Shown: positions 32,007-42,774 of the stretch, in pieces
Numbering within the stretch: the first letter of the stretch is position 1
How the letters are laid out: every line of letters starts with the position of its first letter
NCBI GenBank assembly: GCA_963796965.1
Contig: CAWCNS010000005.1
Location: forward strand, 384,001-448,000
Source: Calditrichia bacterium
Lineage (GTDB): Bacteria > Calditrichota > Calditrichia > JAJRVZ01
Reading direction: 5' to 3'
Length of the DNA: 64,000 nucleotides
Translations under genes and position numbers: made by a program
Notes under the pieces: generated by a model
Databases searched by the model: none
The model's input: the letters and a program-made list of their open reading frames with translations, nothing else
What the model was told of the DNA's origin: nothing

Positions 32007-35000
32007 ATGTTTGGAAAATTTAAATTGCCTGAAATTCATAAAGGATATAGTCTGATTCTTATCGGGGTACTACTCTCTTTGTTTTGGATTGGATCTCTTC
32101 CGGCCGAAGGTCCTGAAATCAGGGCAAAATACAACAACACAGATGCAAATTCTGGATCTCGCTGGACAAATAGCAGAAGTTATTCACCTGGGCTGTACAA
32201 GCCATCTCAAGAAACATTGGGCTGGTCAAAGTATGTTCGTCTTTCTGTGCATGACGGCAATTTGGTCTCGACCGGATGGGTAAACCAGGGGCAGCTGGCC
32301 GATGGCTATGTTTCCGGAGGAGGCGCTTGGAAAATGATCTGGCCAAAAGGATCCGGCGTAGAATATGGCTATGCCCATGTATTTTTTGTCGCCGGTGAAG
32401 TCGTCGATGGCAACGGGAATACTATTCACATTTGTTCCGATCGCTTTCATCGCAGTAATTTAGAGCAATCTCCCGATAAAACACATTGGTACACGTTCCA
32501 ACCCTTGCCCAAGTATTTCAACAATCACCACCTTGGCTCAACAGAGTGGGACATTGGAGGCATTTCTGAAGATGTAGGCGTTGATGGTTATCCCAATTCG
32601 GACGATTTTGGTGAAGGGGATGGTGAGTTGCAACCCGCTGAAGACTTTAATCGAAATGGTGTACTGGATCTTAGCATGATAAATGTTGCCGAATGGGCAG
32701 CAATGAGTCACTTAAGAGAAACATGGCCTGAATGGTGGCCACCTCAGAGTTATAATGGTGATGACCGGGGTGTTAATGAAGAACGCCCCGGTCCGGCCGC
32801 TGGAAGATGGAACGGTGAGTATGGATACTATGTCCGGGCCGATCAGGAATCCTATTACCTCATGGATGACCATGAAAACGATGAATTTGAGTATTATCCA
32901 TTTAACTTACCCGGAACTGACGAACCCGATACGCGACCCTGGCCAGAAGGGAAACGCGGCTTAGGTATAACCGTAGAAGTGCGCAATTACCAATGGGTCG
33001 CACGGTTGGCGGAAGACATTTTAATTTCAATCTATGACATCACTAATTTCGGTAAAAGAATCCCCAAAGCTGTGATTGGTATGTACAATGATGTGGATGT
33101 TGGTGGGAGCTCCGGTAGTGATGACTCGGATTTTGATAAAATTGATGACATCACCTATGTTTGGGACTTGAGCGGCACGTCAACCCAAGGTCTGCCGACG
33201 GGTTATTTTGGCTTTGCCTTTCTGGAGAGTCCCGGCCTTTCGGATAATAGAATAGATGATGATCAGGATGGCTTGGTAGATGAAAGTCAGTATAACAGCA
33301 TTGATGAAGATCAGGATTGGCGCACCTGGGAAGACCTTAATAACAATGGTGTATATGACAATGAAGATGTGAATTTTAATGGACAACTTGATAACGGTGA
33401 AGACGTGAATGGCAACGGCAAGCTGGATTGGGAGCCCTTATGGGATGATCTGGGGTCTGACGGTCTGGGACCCGAATTTGAAGGATATCCGGGACCTGAT
33501 GAGAACGGGACTGAAGCCAATGGAATGCCGGATCAGGGTGAGTCAAATTTTGGATCGACGGATAATGATGAATCGGATCAGGTTGGTTTGACCTCCTGGT
33601 ATCTCAAAGACGTGGACAGCCGGACGGCAAATGATGAAGAATTCTGGAATATTGAGTTACAGCCGGGCACATTTGAGATTGACGAAGAATATACACGTGA
33701 TGTGGCCTTTAGTTATGGCAGTGGATTTGTTGAACTTGAATCCGGTCGGTCAGGTACCCAACGTTATGCCATCGCTTGTTTGTTCGGAAATGACGAAGTG
33801 GATATCTTTCGTAATAAAAGGACCATGCAGAAAATCTATGATTCGGATTACAACTTTGCCAAAGCACCACGGCTGCCGGTCGTTTCAGCCATTCCCGGTG
33901 ATAAAAAAGTTGTATTGCAGTGGGATGACGGCTCAGAGAGATCCAGAGATCCTATTTATGGCCTCGACTTTGCGATGTATAAGATTTACAAAAGCACCGA
34001 TCCAAATTTTAACGATATTAAAACGATCACAGATGCTTTCGGTAATCCCCTCTTATTCGAACATTTGGTACAATATGATTTAAAAGATGGATTGGTTGGC
34101 CCCCATCCCATACCGATCGGTGGCTCAGACGAAAGCAATGGTTTGGACTTAGGTGTATCATATGATATGGGGAATGACTCCGGCTTGCGGCATAGTTACG
34201 TCGATTATGATGTAACAAATGGTCGTACCTATTATTATGCCGTCGTAGCGGTTGATAAGGGTTATGCACCGGATTTCTTTGAGCGTGGTCTTACGGATAA
34301 ACCAAATCTTGCATCCTTATCACCGACCGAGTGTTCAGCCATCATTCAGACCGATCCACTCGGCCGGCCAACTTTTGTGGACCGCAATACTGCGGTCGTA
34401 ATACCTGTTGAACCTTCTGCCGGATATTTAGAACCGCAAGTTGATGAATCGGGGATAGAGCACTTAAGTGGGATGGGGACAGGTACTATAGAGCTGGAAG
34501 TCATCGTTCCCGAGGATATAAAACGTGATCATTCCTATCGACTTTCATTCGAAGATGATGGTTCTATCGAAAAAAAGGATAGCGCCTTTGCCACAGGTAA
34601 GACGAGTGGTGCCTGGCTGGTGGATTTAGATTCAGGTGATACCTTATTCACCCCCGATGTCAATTATGAAAGCGAAGAGTTTGAAGATGATGTTCTGGAT
34701 GGATTTAAATTATATATTCAAAATGAAGATCGGGTAGATGTTGATTGGGCCGGCTGGTTTAGAGGGCGATCAACGGTAGAAGGTGATCCGCGTGGACATG
34801 ATCAGCAAACGCTGGCAGTCCCCCACGACTATGAAATCAGAATTTTGGAAGATGGCGCCGATACATCTTACTCCGCAATACCAGCCAATCGTATTGCCAC
34901 CAACTTTTCAGTCTACGATATTACCAATCCGGATAGCGCCTATAAGGTTGTATTTGGATTTAGCAGACAATTAGGTTCTGACCCTGAACCCGATTCCTTA

Positions 35001-35585
35001 CGCGGCGTTATCAGCCACGGGGACGAAATTGCGATTAAAATAAGTCCGTTAATTATAAAAATAGGCCAAGACACACTCTACATTTACACGGAAACCTCAT
35101 GGCGAATTAATTTCAACCTACCCCCTGGCATAGAACCAAGATTTCAAAGGATTCCCGAAGCGGGTGATATCTTTCGCTTTACCACTAAAAAAACCTTTGA
35201 CCGTAATGATGTCTTTGAATTTACGATGATTGGCGGCGATTACAGCCAGAAACGTGCTGTTGCCAATATGGACAACATATACACAGTACCTGATCCCTAT
35301 ATTGCCGTTAGCACACTTGAACCCAGATTAGTTTCACAGTCTGTCGGACGTGGTGATCGAAAGATTGACTTTGTAAATTTACCTAAAGAATGTACAATAA
35401 GAATTTTCACAATTGCGGGAAGACTTGTGCGCACCCTGGAACATTCATCCGCTGAGAACGAGGGTCGTGCTGCCTGGGATCTCAGGACCAAGGATGGATT
35501 GGAGATCGCACATGGTGTCTATATTTATCATGTGGACGCACCAGATGTCGGAACCAAAATCGGCAAATTAGCGGTCATCAAATAA
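32007..35585 (+). CDS. Large secreted protein with Ca-binding DxNxNG loops, an FN3-like region and a divergent T9SS/FlgD-like C-terminal domain
   Basis: Signal peptide; DLNNNGVYD, DVNFNGQLD and DVNGNGKLD; PGDKKVVLQWD and GRTYYYAVVAVD; C-terminal VPDPY...FVNLP..CTIRIFTIAGRLVRTL..WDLRTKDG...GVYIYHV..KLAVIK. Confidence 0.75.
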   Translation: MFGKFKLPEIHKGYSLILIGVLLSLFWIGSLPAEGPEIRAKYNNTDANSGSRWTNSRSYSPGLYKPSQETLGWSKYVRLSVHDGNLVSTGWVNQGQLADGYVSGGGAWKMIWPKGSGVEYGYAHVFFVAGEVVDGNGNTIHICSDRFHRSNLEQSPDKTHWYTFQPLPKYFNNHHLGSTEWDIGGISEDVGVDGYPNSDDFGEGDGELQPAEDFNRNGVLDLSMINVAEWAAMSHLRETWPEWWPPQSYNGDDRGVNEERPGPAAGRWNGEYGYYVRADQESYYLMDDHENDEFEYYPFNLPGTDEPDTRPWPEGKRGLGITVEVRNYQWVARLAEDILISIYDITNFGKRIPKAVIGMYNDVDVGGSSGSDDSDFDKIDDITYVWDLSGTSTQGLPTGYFGFAFLESPGLSDNRIDDDQDGLVDESQYNSIDEDQDWRTWEDLNNNGVYDNEDVNFNGQLDNGEDVNGNGKLDWEPLWDDLGSDGLGPEFEGYPGPDENGTEANGMPDQGESNFGSTDNDESDQVGLTSWYLKDVDSRTANDEEFWNIELQPGTFEIDEEYTRDVAFSYGSGFVELESGRSGTQRYAIACLFGNDEVDIFRNKRTMQKIYDSDYNFAKAPRLPVVSAIPGDKKVVLQWDDGSERSRDPIYGLDFAMYKIYKSTDPNFNDIKTITDAFGNPLLFEHLVQYDLKDGLVGPHPIPIGGSDESNGLDLGVSYDMGNDSGLRHSYVDYDVTNGRTYYYAVVAVDKGYAPDFFERGLTDKPNLASLSPTECSAIIQTDPLGRPTFVDRNTAVVIPVEPSAGYLEPQVDESGIEHLSGMGTGTIELEVIVPEDIKRDHSYRLSFEDDGSIEKKDSAFATGKTSGAWLVDLDSGDTLFTPDVNYESEEFEDDVLDGFKLYIQNEDRVDVDWAGWFRGRSTVEGDPRGHDQQTLAVPHDYEIRILEDGADTSYSAIPANRIATNFSVYDITNPDSAYKVVFGFSRQLGSDPEPDSLRGVISHGDEIAIKISPLIIKIGQDTLYIYTETSWRINFNLPPGIEPRFQRIPEAGDIFRFTTKKTFDRNDVFEFTMIGGDYSQKRAVANMDNIYTVPDPYIAVSTLEPRLVSQSVGRGDRKIDFVNLPKECTIRIFTIAGRLVRTLEHSSAENEGRAAWDLRTKDGLEIAHGVYIYHVDAPDVGTKIGKLAVIK

Positions 35586-35679
35586 CATGAATAGCACGAA
35601 AAATAATCCCCTAATCTCTGCCCTGCTGCACTTAGGGGATTGGCTTACAAAGGGAAAGTCCATAAGGAGACTGCATACG

Positions 35680-36726
35680 ATGAAGAATTTGTATACTTTG
35701 CTTTTGTTTTTTATTCTTGCCCCAGGATTGGTTCTGGCCCAGGATAAAGACGAGGGTGTAAATTTCGTAACAAATGTATCAGGCGTAGGTGTTAGTGCCG
35801 CCACCTTTCTCGAGATCGGGGTCGGTGCCCGTGCGACAGCCATGGGGGGTGCCTATGCCGCCATAGCAAATGATGCCAGTGCCTTATACTGGAACCCGGC
35901 TGGAATCGTTTGGGTAGAAGGCGTACAGGCGGAGTTTATGCATTCGGAATGGCTGGCTGAAACCAGTTACGACTATCTGGGTATAGTCTTCGCTATTCCC
36001 TCTATAAATTCTTCTATTGGTGCAAGTATCAGCTACCTCAACTATGGTGATGCACCCGTCCGTACCGTTGACAGGCCTGAGGGGACCGGTGAAAATTATA
36101 GTGCAAGTGACCTGGCATTATCTTTATCCTATGCTCTGGCTTTAACCAATCGCTTTTCATTTGGTGTAAGCGGAAAATATATCGCTCAACGAATCTGGAG
36201 CGAAGAAGGAACCGCCTATGCTATCGACGTAGGTGTCTTTTATAAGACAGGCCTGGAAGGTTTACAGATGGGAGCCAGTATGAGCAATTTTGGTTCGGAC
36301 ATCCAGATGGAAGGCCGTCATTTGACCACAACGCATGATCCGGATCCCCTTGTTTCAAATTTTGACCGGGTCCCGGTCAATTATAAAGTTGGATCCTATC
36401 CCCTGCCATTATTATTTCGTGTTGGCCTAGCCTATGGCCAGGAAATTGGAAAATATATGCGCGCGCTGGTTGCGGTGGATGTAAACCACCCCAGCAATAC
36501 CACCGAGAGCATCAATTTAGGAGCAGAAGTAGGGGTTGGGGATATGTTTTTTTTCCGGGCCGGATACGAAAATATGTTTGAGCGTGATGCCATCAATGGA
36601 TTAACCCTCGGTGGAGGTTTCGATTATTACCAGCGTGGAAGTTGGGGAATTCGCGTAGACTATGCCTGGTCGGACTGGGGAATTCTTGACAATACCCAAA
36701 GATTTTCGGTGGGACTTCGGTTTTAG
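35680..36726 (+). CDS. PorV/PorQ-family (UPF0164) outer-membrane beta-barrel
   Basis: AATFLEIGVGARATAMGGA..A.ANDASALYWNPAG, C-terminal VDYAWSDWGILDNTQRFSVGLRF. AGGAGA RBS before the ATG at 35680. Confidence 0.88.
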   Translation: MKNLYTLLLFFILAPGLVLAQDKDEGVNFVTNVSGVGVSAATFLEIGVGARATAMGGAYAAIANDASALYWNPAGIVWVEGVQAEFMHSEWLAETSYDYLGIVFAIPSINSSIGASISYLNYGDAPVRTVDRPEGTGENYSASDLALSLSYALALTNRFSFGVSGKYIAQRIWSEEGTAYAIDVGVFYKTGLEGLQMGASMSNFGSDIQMEGRHLTTTHDPDPLVSNFDRVPVNYKVGSYPLPLLFRVGLAYGQEIGKYMRALVAVDVNHPSNTTESINLGAEVGVGDMFFFRAGYENMFERDAINGLTLGGGFDYYQRGSWGIRVDYAWSDWGILDNTQRFSVGLRF

Positions 36727-36790
36727 AGGGTACATCAACCAAGGTCAGTACTTACGGCAGAGTCTCCTGGAGCAGAGAGATGAAGAAATA

Positions 36791-36872
36791 GTCCACGAAT
36801 TACACGAATTAGAATACTAATTATATAGAAATTTTAAAAAATAATTCAGGCTAATTCGTGTAATTCGTGGAC
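36791..36872. repeat. Perfect 22-bp inverted repeat with a 38-nt spacer; half copies at about 4738 and 60138
   Basis: gtccacgaattacacgaattag / ctaattcgtgtaattcgtggac. Confidence 0.85.
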
Positions 36873-37064
36873 AAAAGTTTTTTAAATTTTGCTCAAAACA
36901 ACAAAGTATCCGGCTAGAAATAACATAATGATGTAATTCATGAAACACTTAATCCTTTTATCTTTAATGAGTGTTGAAAGGAGGTGGTCTCCAGCCCTTT
37001 TTGAATGACTATCGCGCGTCAGATTTTACGAAGTCTATGTATTAACTATTTGAAGGAGGTACAG

Positions 37065-40000
37065 ATGCAACGATTGATAATTTTTTTCATTGTTACTGTT
37101 GGTTTATGTTTCTTGGGTGCTGGACTATCCTTCGCCCAAACCGAGACAGAGCCAAACGATCATTTTGCCACGGCGACCCCGCTTGCGGATAACACAGAGC
37201 CTTTGGCAAATTTTTCATCAGTTGATGATGTGGATATTTGGAAAATGGAGATGTCTGTTGACAGTATTTATCACATCTATTCCGCCAGTCCGACAGCGGA
37301 TGCCTTTGATGCTGACATACCGGGCAATGTCCATGTTGAACTATATTGGGGCGAAGACACCCTTACAAATATCTTAAATGGTTCTCCCGACGGACGCGGA
37401 TTAGCAAATAATTTTCGTATCGCCGGTTGGGTACCTGCCGAGTATGGCTCAGGCACCTATTATCTAAAAGTGAACGCCCAATCAGTAATTACAGGCGAAT
37501 ACACGGGTGATTACAAAATTCGTTTTATCTCGCAGGGTTTAGACTTCTGGGCGAATCTGCATGAACCGGATAATTCATTTCAGGAAGCCTTTGCACAAAA
37601 TGCCTTACCTATCGATGGTAGCCGTTTTTCGGGTATGTTTTTCCAACTGGATAGCCTGCCCACTGGAAAAGATGATGTCGATTATTTTTATATGGCCGGC
37701 GAAGCAGGCAAAAGGCTCTGGATAGAAACAGAACCGGTACAGGGATATCCAAATACCAGGGATATGGATAGCAAAATATATATCTATGATGGAGATGGCA
37801 CTCAGCTCCTCACCGAAAATGATGATAAGAGCAACCAGGAAGAGGATTTCGGTTCAAATAATGTGTTTTCTCTTGCCGTATTGGATAGTCTCCCCTATAC
37901 GGGTCTTTATTATGTCGTTATGACCAGTTTCTATAGTGAATATAATGAGGAAACCCATTCTGATTCCGATCCTTCCACGGGTGGATATATTCTTTATTCC
38001 TTTATGGGTGAGACAAAAGCAGAAGTCGAGCCAAATGATGCTGTTGCACAGGCAACACCTGTATGTGAAGCGGTTACCGGTTCACAGATTGGTGGTAACA
38101 ATAACATCGTAATCGATGCTAATTTTTCCAGTGATGGCGATGTCGATTATTATGCTTTTAATCTTAAAAGTGTAAAGATGTATTCTTTCAACACCGCTAA
38201 TTCTTCCGTTGCCGCCGATGCTGATATTAAACTCGAGATATTCGACCGTGATGATCCTGAGACGAATCTGATCGATGCTACAGTAGAAGGAAGATATAAT
38301 AGTGAGGATTTTCGTCTTTCCGGTTGGTCTCCACCGAAAGATGGTATATATATTGTAAAAGTCTCTCCTGCTGCCGGATCGGTTGGCGGCGATAATACCG
38401 GTGATTATCAGTTGCGTATGGGTTGGGCAACCTGGAGAAATGGATCCCTCGCTGAATGAACCGGATAATGATGTCCAGGGTACGGCTACTGCTGTTGAAT
38501 TTGACAGCAGTAAAACCAATGCGATTATATACCCTGCAGGTGATGAAGACTGGTATTCCTTTATTGGAACCGCCGGTGATATCGTCCATGTGGAGATTAT
38601 TCAGCGGTATGGACGGCAATGCGACCTGGAATCGTGACTTTGATACCAAAATCACGTTAGTCGATCCCAGCGGTAATATCGTTGAAAATGATGATAAGGT
38701 TTCTGGCAATGTTTTCTCTGCAGTTGACTAATTATACTCTGCAAGGATCAGGTAATGTCTATGTAAAAGTTGAGGGATATTACAAAACGGATGAAAATGA
38801 CGGTAATAATGCCGTTGGCGCTTATCGTCTCCTGGTCGTTTCCAGTGCCGCCTCGCCGGCATTCCTGGAACGTGAACCCAACAATACCTTTGCCAAAGCG
38901 ATGAATATGCCGGAAGGCAAAGATATTGTTTCAACTTTCTCAAGTGGTGATGATGTTGATATCTTTGCCATTGAGATGGTGCAAGACCCGCATGTATTTT
39001 ATCAATTCCTATGAAGAAACACCGAATGGTGCGAATCCCCATGCGGAACTTTTTGCCGCAATTGATACGTTGACCAATGTATTAAATGCTGATGTTGACG
39101 GCCGTTACCATGACGATAATTTCCGCATCTCCGGATTTATTCCATCCGCCGATGGGGTATATTATTTGACAGTTAAGCAATAACAATGCTTCTGCAAATG
39201 ATTATATCGTCCGTGCACGTAGCGCCGAACTCGCAACCGTAGGTGCTTTCCATGAACCGGATAATTCTGTTGCCGATGCTGACCTCCAGGGTGATTATCC
39301 TATTGATGGTGTGCCGATGACCGGTGCACTTTATGCAGGATAAATGATTTAGATGTCTTTCGTTTCACTTGTACGGCTGGTCAGATGTTTGTGGCTGAAT
39401 TGACCCCTGCTGGCGGTGCCACTTGGGATCGGGATACCGATACTTTTATGCAATTAGTAAGCGCCGCCGGGGACACCAGTCGATGATAATGACGATGCCA
39501 CCGGCACCTATTCAACTATTGCTACAACAATTCCGGCAGATGGCGTTTACTATCTTAAAGTCATGAGTTACTATAGTTCTCATAATGGTGACAGAGAATC
39601 CAATGATCGTAATCCGGGCGTTGGTGATTATATTTTGACCGTTAAGGGTACCATTTCTGAGAGTGAACCCAATAATTCAGCCGAACAGGCCAATCTTATT
39701 CCCGTTGCCAACAATAACCTGATCGAAGCGTCATTTGCCGCCGACGATCTGGAAGATTGGTTTAAAGTTGAACTGGAAGCAGGGAAACTTTATTATTTCA
39801 ATACCGCTGATTCAAAAGTGGGTGCTAACATTAAAGTGGAACTGTTCGCCGAAGGTAACGCGACCAACCTGGTAGATGCGACACCTTTTGGCCGATCTGG
39901 CAGCAATGATTTTCGTATCTCAGGATGGAGCCCGGCCACGACCGGTACCTATTTACTGAAGATCTTTGTAGATCCTGCAGCCATTGATGCCATCAACACA

Positions 40001-40822
40001 GGCGCATACAAATTAAGAGCTGCTGGTGGAGAGGTCCTTTCAGAGGTCGCAGCACTCAATGAACCCGATAATACCCGTGGCCCAGGCAGATGGGAATCCA
40101 GCCCTCCCGACAGATGGAACAATGGTTGAAGTTGCCTGGGGAACTGATGCTGATCATGATATGTTTGCTATTGCTGGTACTGACGGTATGTCCCTGGAGG
40201 TTGTTCTGGCTCCTGCCCACGGTCCTCGGTGGATCAGGGAAATTGATACCTATATGACACTTCTCTCAGCAGACAGTACGCAACTGACCCAAAATGACGA
40301 TTGGGATGATTGGTATGAATTAGAATTCTATAAGGGCGATGTCAGCAATACCTATTCCCGCGTATTTGTCGACTCATTGCCGGGCAATGGCACGTATTAT
40401 GTCGATGCCATCCCATATTATGGCACTTACCGTGACGGCACACCTAGTATCGGTAATAACGCCGTTGGTACTTACCATATCTGGGCAAAAATGTCTGAAC
40501 GTGGAGTCGACATGCAATCGATGGTGAATTACTTGTACCCGATGAATTTGCCCTTGATCAGAATTATCCGAATCCTTTTAACCCGACCACCACAATTAGA
40601 TATAGTTTAAAGGAAAATGTGGATGTCAGACTTGACATATATAATGTCATGGGACAAAAGGTGGTAACGCTCGTCAACAAACGACAGGCAGCTGGTTCTT
40701 ATCAATTGATATGGGATTCCAAAAACCAGTTTGGAAATCGGGTTGCAACCGGTATCTATTTCTATCGATTAGTTGCAGGAAATAAGTTTGTAAAAACGAA
40801 GAAGATGTTGCTCGTCAAGTAA
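37065..40822 (+). CDS. Secreted protein with about 8 PPC-like domains (four A-B pairs) and a T9SS/FlgD CTD (multiple frameshifts)
   Basis: AAGGAGGT RBS before MQRLIIFF. Recurrent EPN/EPDN, D.D.(Y/W/F), FR(I/L)(S/A)G(W/F) and ENDD motifs. QNYPNPFNPTT and IYNVMGQKVVTL...GIYFYRL...KKMLLVK at the end. No catalytic motif seen. Confidence 0.8.
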
Positions 40823-40893
40823 GAAACAAAGGGTACACTGTTATAATTTAGCATAGCAGTTATATTTTTCTAACTTTACAGAAAGGTATTAAG

Positions 40894-40944
40894 CGCTGAG
40901 GTTTCCGCCTTTATCAATTTGCATCAGGCAACCTCAGCGTTTTT
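40894..40944 (+). terminator. Probable intrinsic terminator or attenuating hairpin
   Basis: cgctgaggtt ... aacctcagcg stem followed by a T-run; the loop is long (26 nt). Confidence 0.5.
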
Positions 40945-41044
40945 AACATATGAATGATCCATTTACAAGCCATTGATAATTTTGGACTTACCGCTGCTAT
41001 GAGCGATGACCTCTGGCCGTTAAGATGATTAATTAGATAAAAGA

Positions 41045-41145
41045 TTAAACACAAAGAACACCAAGAAATCGCAAAGTACACAAAGAAAATATTCTTAATA
41101 TAAACTTTGTGATCTTTGTGTATTCTTCGTGAACTTTGTGTTTAA
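41045..41145. repeat. CACAAAG-unit inverted-repeat mini-element; relatives at 55643-55899 and about 19831-19870
   Basis: ttaaacacaaag-aacaccaag...cacaaag / ctttgtga-tctttgtg...ctttgtgtttaa. Confidence 0.8.
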
Positions 41146-41199
41146 AAAACGGAATTAATTCTGGATTTTAGTCAAACATCAAGTTACAAGTGAATACCG

Positions 41200-42750
41200 A
41201 TGCTAAGAATATTATTAATTATTATCAGTTTCCTTTTCATTTCTCTTTCAGCCTGTAGCGAAAAGGAAGTTCCGGACCCGGAAGATACGGTTGTGGCGAC
41301 GGTTGGTGACATGGAAATTACCGTTCGTGACTTTCGGCGTAATTATGAGTTCGGATTGCCCCATCTTAAAAAAGAGCCGGATAGAAAACGATCCTACCTC
41401 AACTATATGATTAAGGAACTGGTGCTGGCACAGGAGGGATATGAACTTAATTTGGACAAATCTGAACGTGTCCAAAAGCTGGAGCATGAATTGGAAGAAG
41501 AATTGCTGGTTGAGGCTCTCTTCCAAAACGAGGTCAAAGATAATATTGATATATCAGACGAGGAGGTTCATGAAGCCATTAACAGATCAAAAGTGCAATG
41601 GAAGATGCGTTTCTGGTATGAACCGGACCTCGAATATGCCAAACGCGTCACTGAAGCGATGAGGGAACAAGGCTATGCCAGGGTTGTCGAGAATATCCTG
41701 CGAAACAATCCTGAAATTAAAATAAAACCTGAAAACTTTGAAACCAAGTATGTTACCTGGCTGGAGGTCGATCCATTAGTACTTGAGATAATTAAGGATT
41801 TACCGATGGGAGAGATTTCAGATCCGGTCAAATTAAAAAATGGCTATTTTATATTTCAGGTTGTTGATATTCAGCGCCAACCGGTAACTGATTATATTTA
41901 CCAGGAAAGAGCTGAAAGCATCAGACAGGTCCTCTTCTACCGCAAATTAAACCAGGAAGCTGTCCGCTATGTTTCGGATATGATGACGCCAAAAAATGTT
42001 ACAACGAAAGGTGAAGCTTTTCAAAAATTATCAAGTGCATTAAAAGAGTGGCAGAAAATTAAAATAAATAAAAAAGAAGATTTTATATCTTCTGTTTTAT
42101 CTGCCCGGGAAAGCGATGGTTCTTCCCTTTATGAATTAAAGAAAAGTCTGGAGCAGCCCCTGGTAACATTTGATGATAATCATTGGACCATCAGGGAATT
42201 TCTGGATCGATTCGATCCCAAATCTATTAAAATGAATCCAAAAAATAAAGATATGGATATTCGTCCGGCTTTAAAAGATAATATTGGCATTGCGGTGCGT
42301 AATGAATTCATGATCAGAGAAGCTAAGGAAAGAAATTTACAAAAATCGCCTAAGGTAATCGAAGAATTGCAGCGCTGGAGAGACAAATGGGTCTATGAAG
42401 AAACCCGAAGTTATCATACCAAAGATATAAAGATTGATGACAAACGGGCCAGGGAATACTTTGAAATGAATAAAGATAAATTTAAGATTCGTTGGGACGA
42501 TAATCCCCAATTTGAGAAGAATATCTATCAGGCAAAACGCCTGGCCTATATTGAGATGACACGTAACCGACTAACAGAAACAGTAGATTCTCTCACCAAC
42601 AAAAAAATCCCGATTATTATCAATGAAGCTGTCCTGGATACGATTACAACTATCGATTCACAGAAATCTCGCTGGTCAAGTCTGCAGGTCTTTAAACGTG
42701 GAACTAACCGTTTGGCAAATCCGGTGGTCGATCCGGCCTGGGGATTTTAA
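41200..42750 (+). CDS. SurA/PrsA-like parvulin-type chaperone lipoprotein (PPIase domain looks degenerate)
   Basis: LSAC lipobox; VVATVGDMEITVRDF, LNYMIKELVLAQEG and LPMGEISDPVKLKNGYFIFQV. Confidence 0.7.
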   Translation: MLRILLIIISFLFISLSACSEKEVPDPEDTVVATVGDMEITVRDFRRNYEFGLPHLKKEPDRKRSYLNYMIKELVLAQEGYELNLDKSERVQKLEHELEEELLVEALFQNEVKDNIDISDEEVHEAINRSKVQWKMRFWYEPDLEYAKRVTEAMREQGYARVVENILRNNPEIKIKPENFETKYVTWLEVDPLVLEIIKDLPMGEISDPVKLKNGYFIFQVVDIQRQPVTDYIYQERAESIRQVLFYRKLNQEAVRYVSDMMTPKNVTTKGEAFQKLSSALKEWQKIKINKKEDFISSVLSARESDGSSLYELKKSLEQPLVTFDDNHWTIREFLDRFDPKSIKMNPKNKDMDIRPALKDNIGIAVRNEFMIREAKERNLQKSPKVIEELQRWRDKWVYEETRSYHTKDIKIDDKRAREYFEMNKDKFKIRWDDNPQFEKNIYQAKRLAYIEMTRNRLTETVDSLTNKKIPIIINEAVLDTITTIDSQKSRWSSLQVFKRGTNRLANPVVDPAWGF

Positions 42751-42774
42751 ATAAATTTACATGGAAGTATTAAT

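Noticed and set aside
28805..35585. Classical SusC/SusD pair
   Set aside because: The receptor lacks SusC signatures, and the downstream protein has no lipobox or SusD features.
35587..35679. N-terminal extension of the PorV-like ORF (similarly 37005-37064 and 12087-12188)
   Set aside because: A better RBS and/or signal peptide fits the downstream ATG; the 12087-12188 extension runs through repeat DNA.
36976..36996. 16S rRNA 3'-end fragment
   Set aside because: Only about 20 nt of imperfect similarity with no other rRNA sequence around it.
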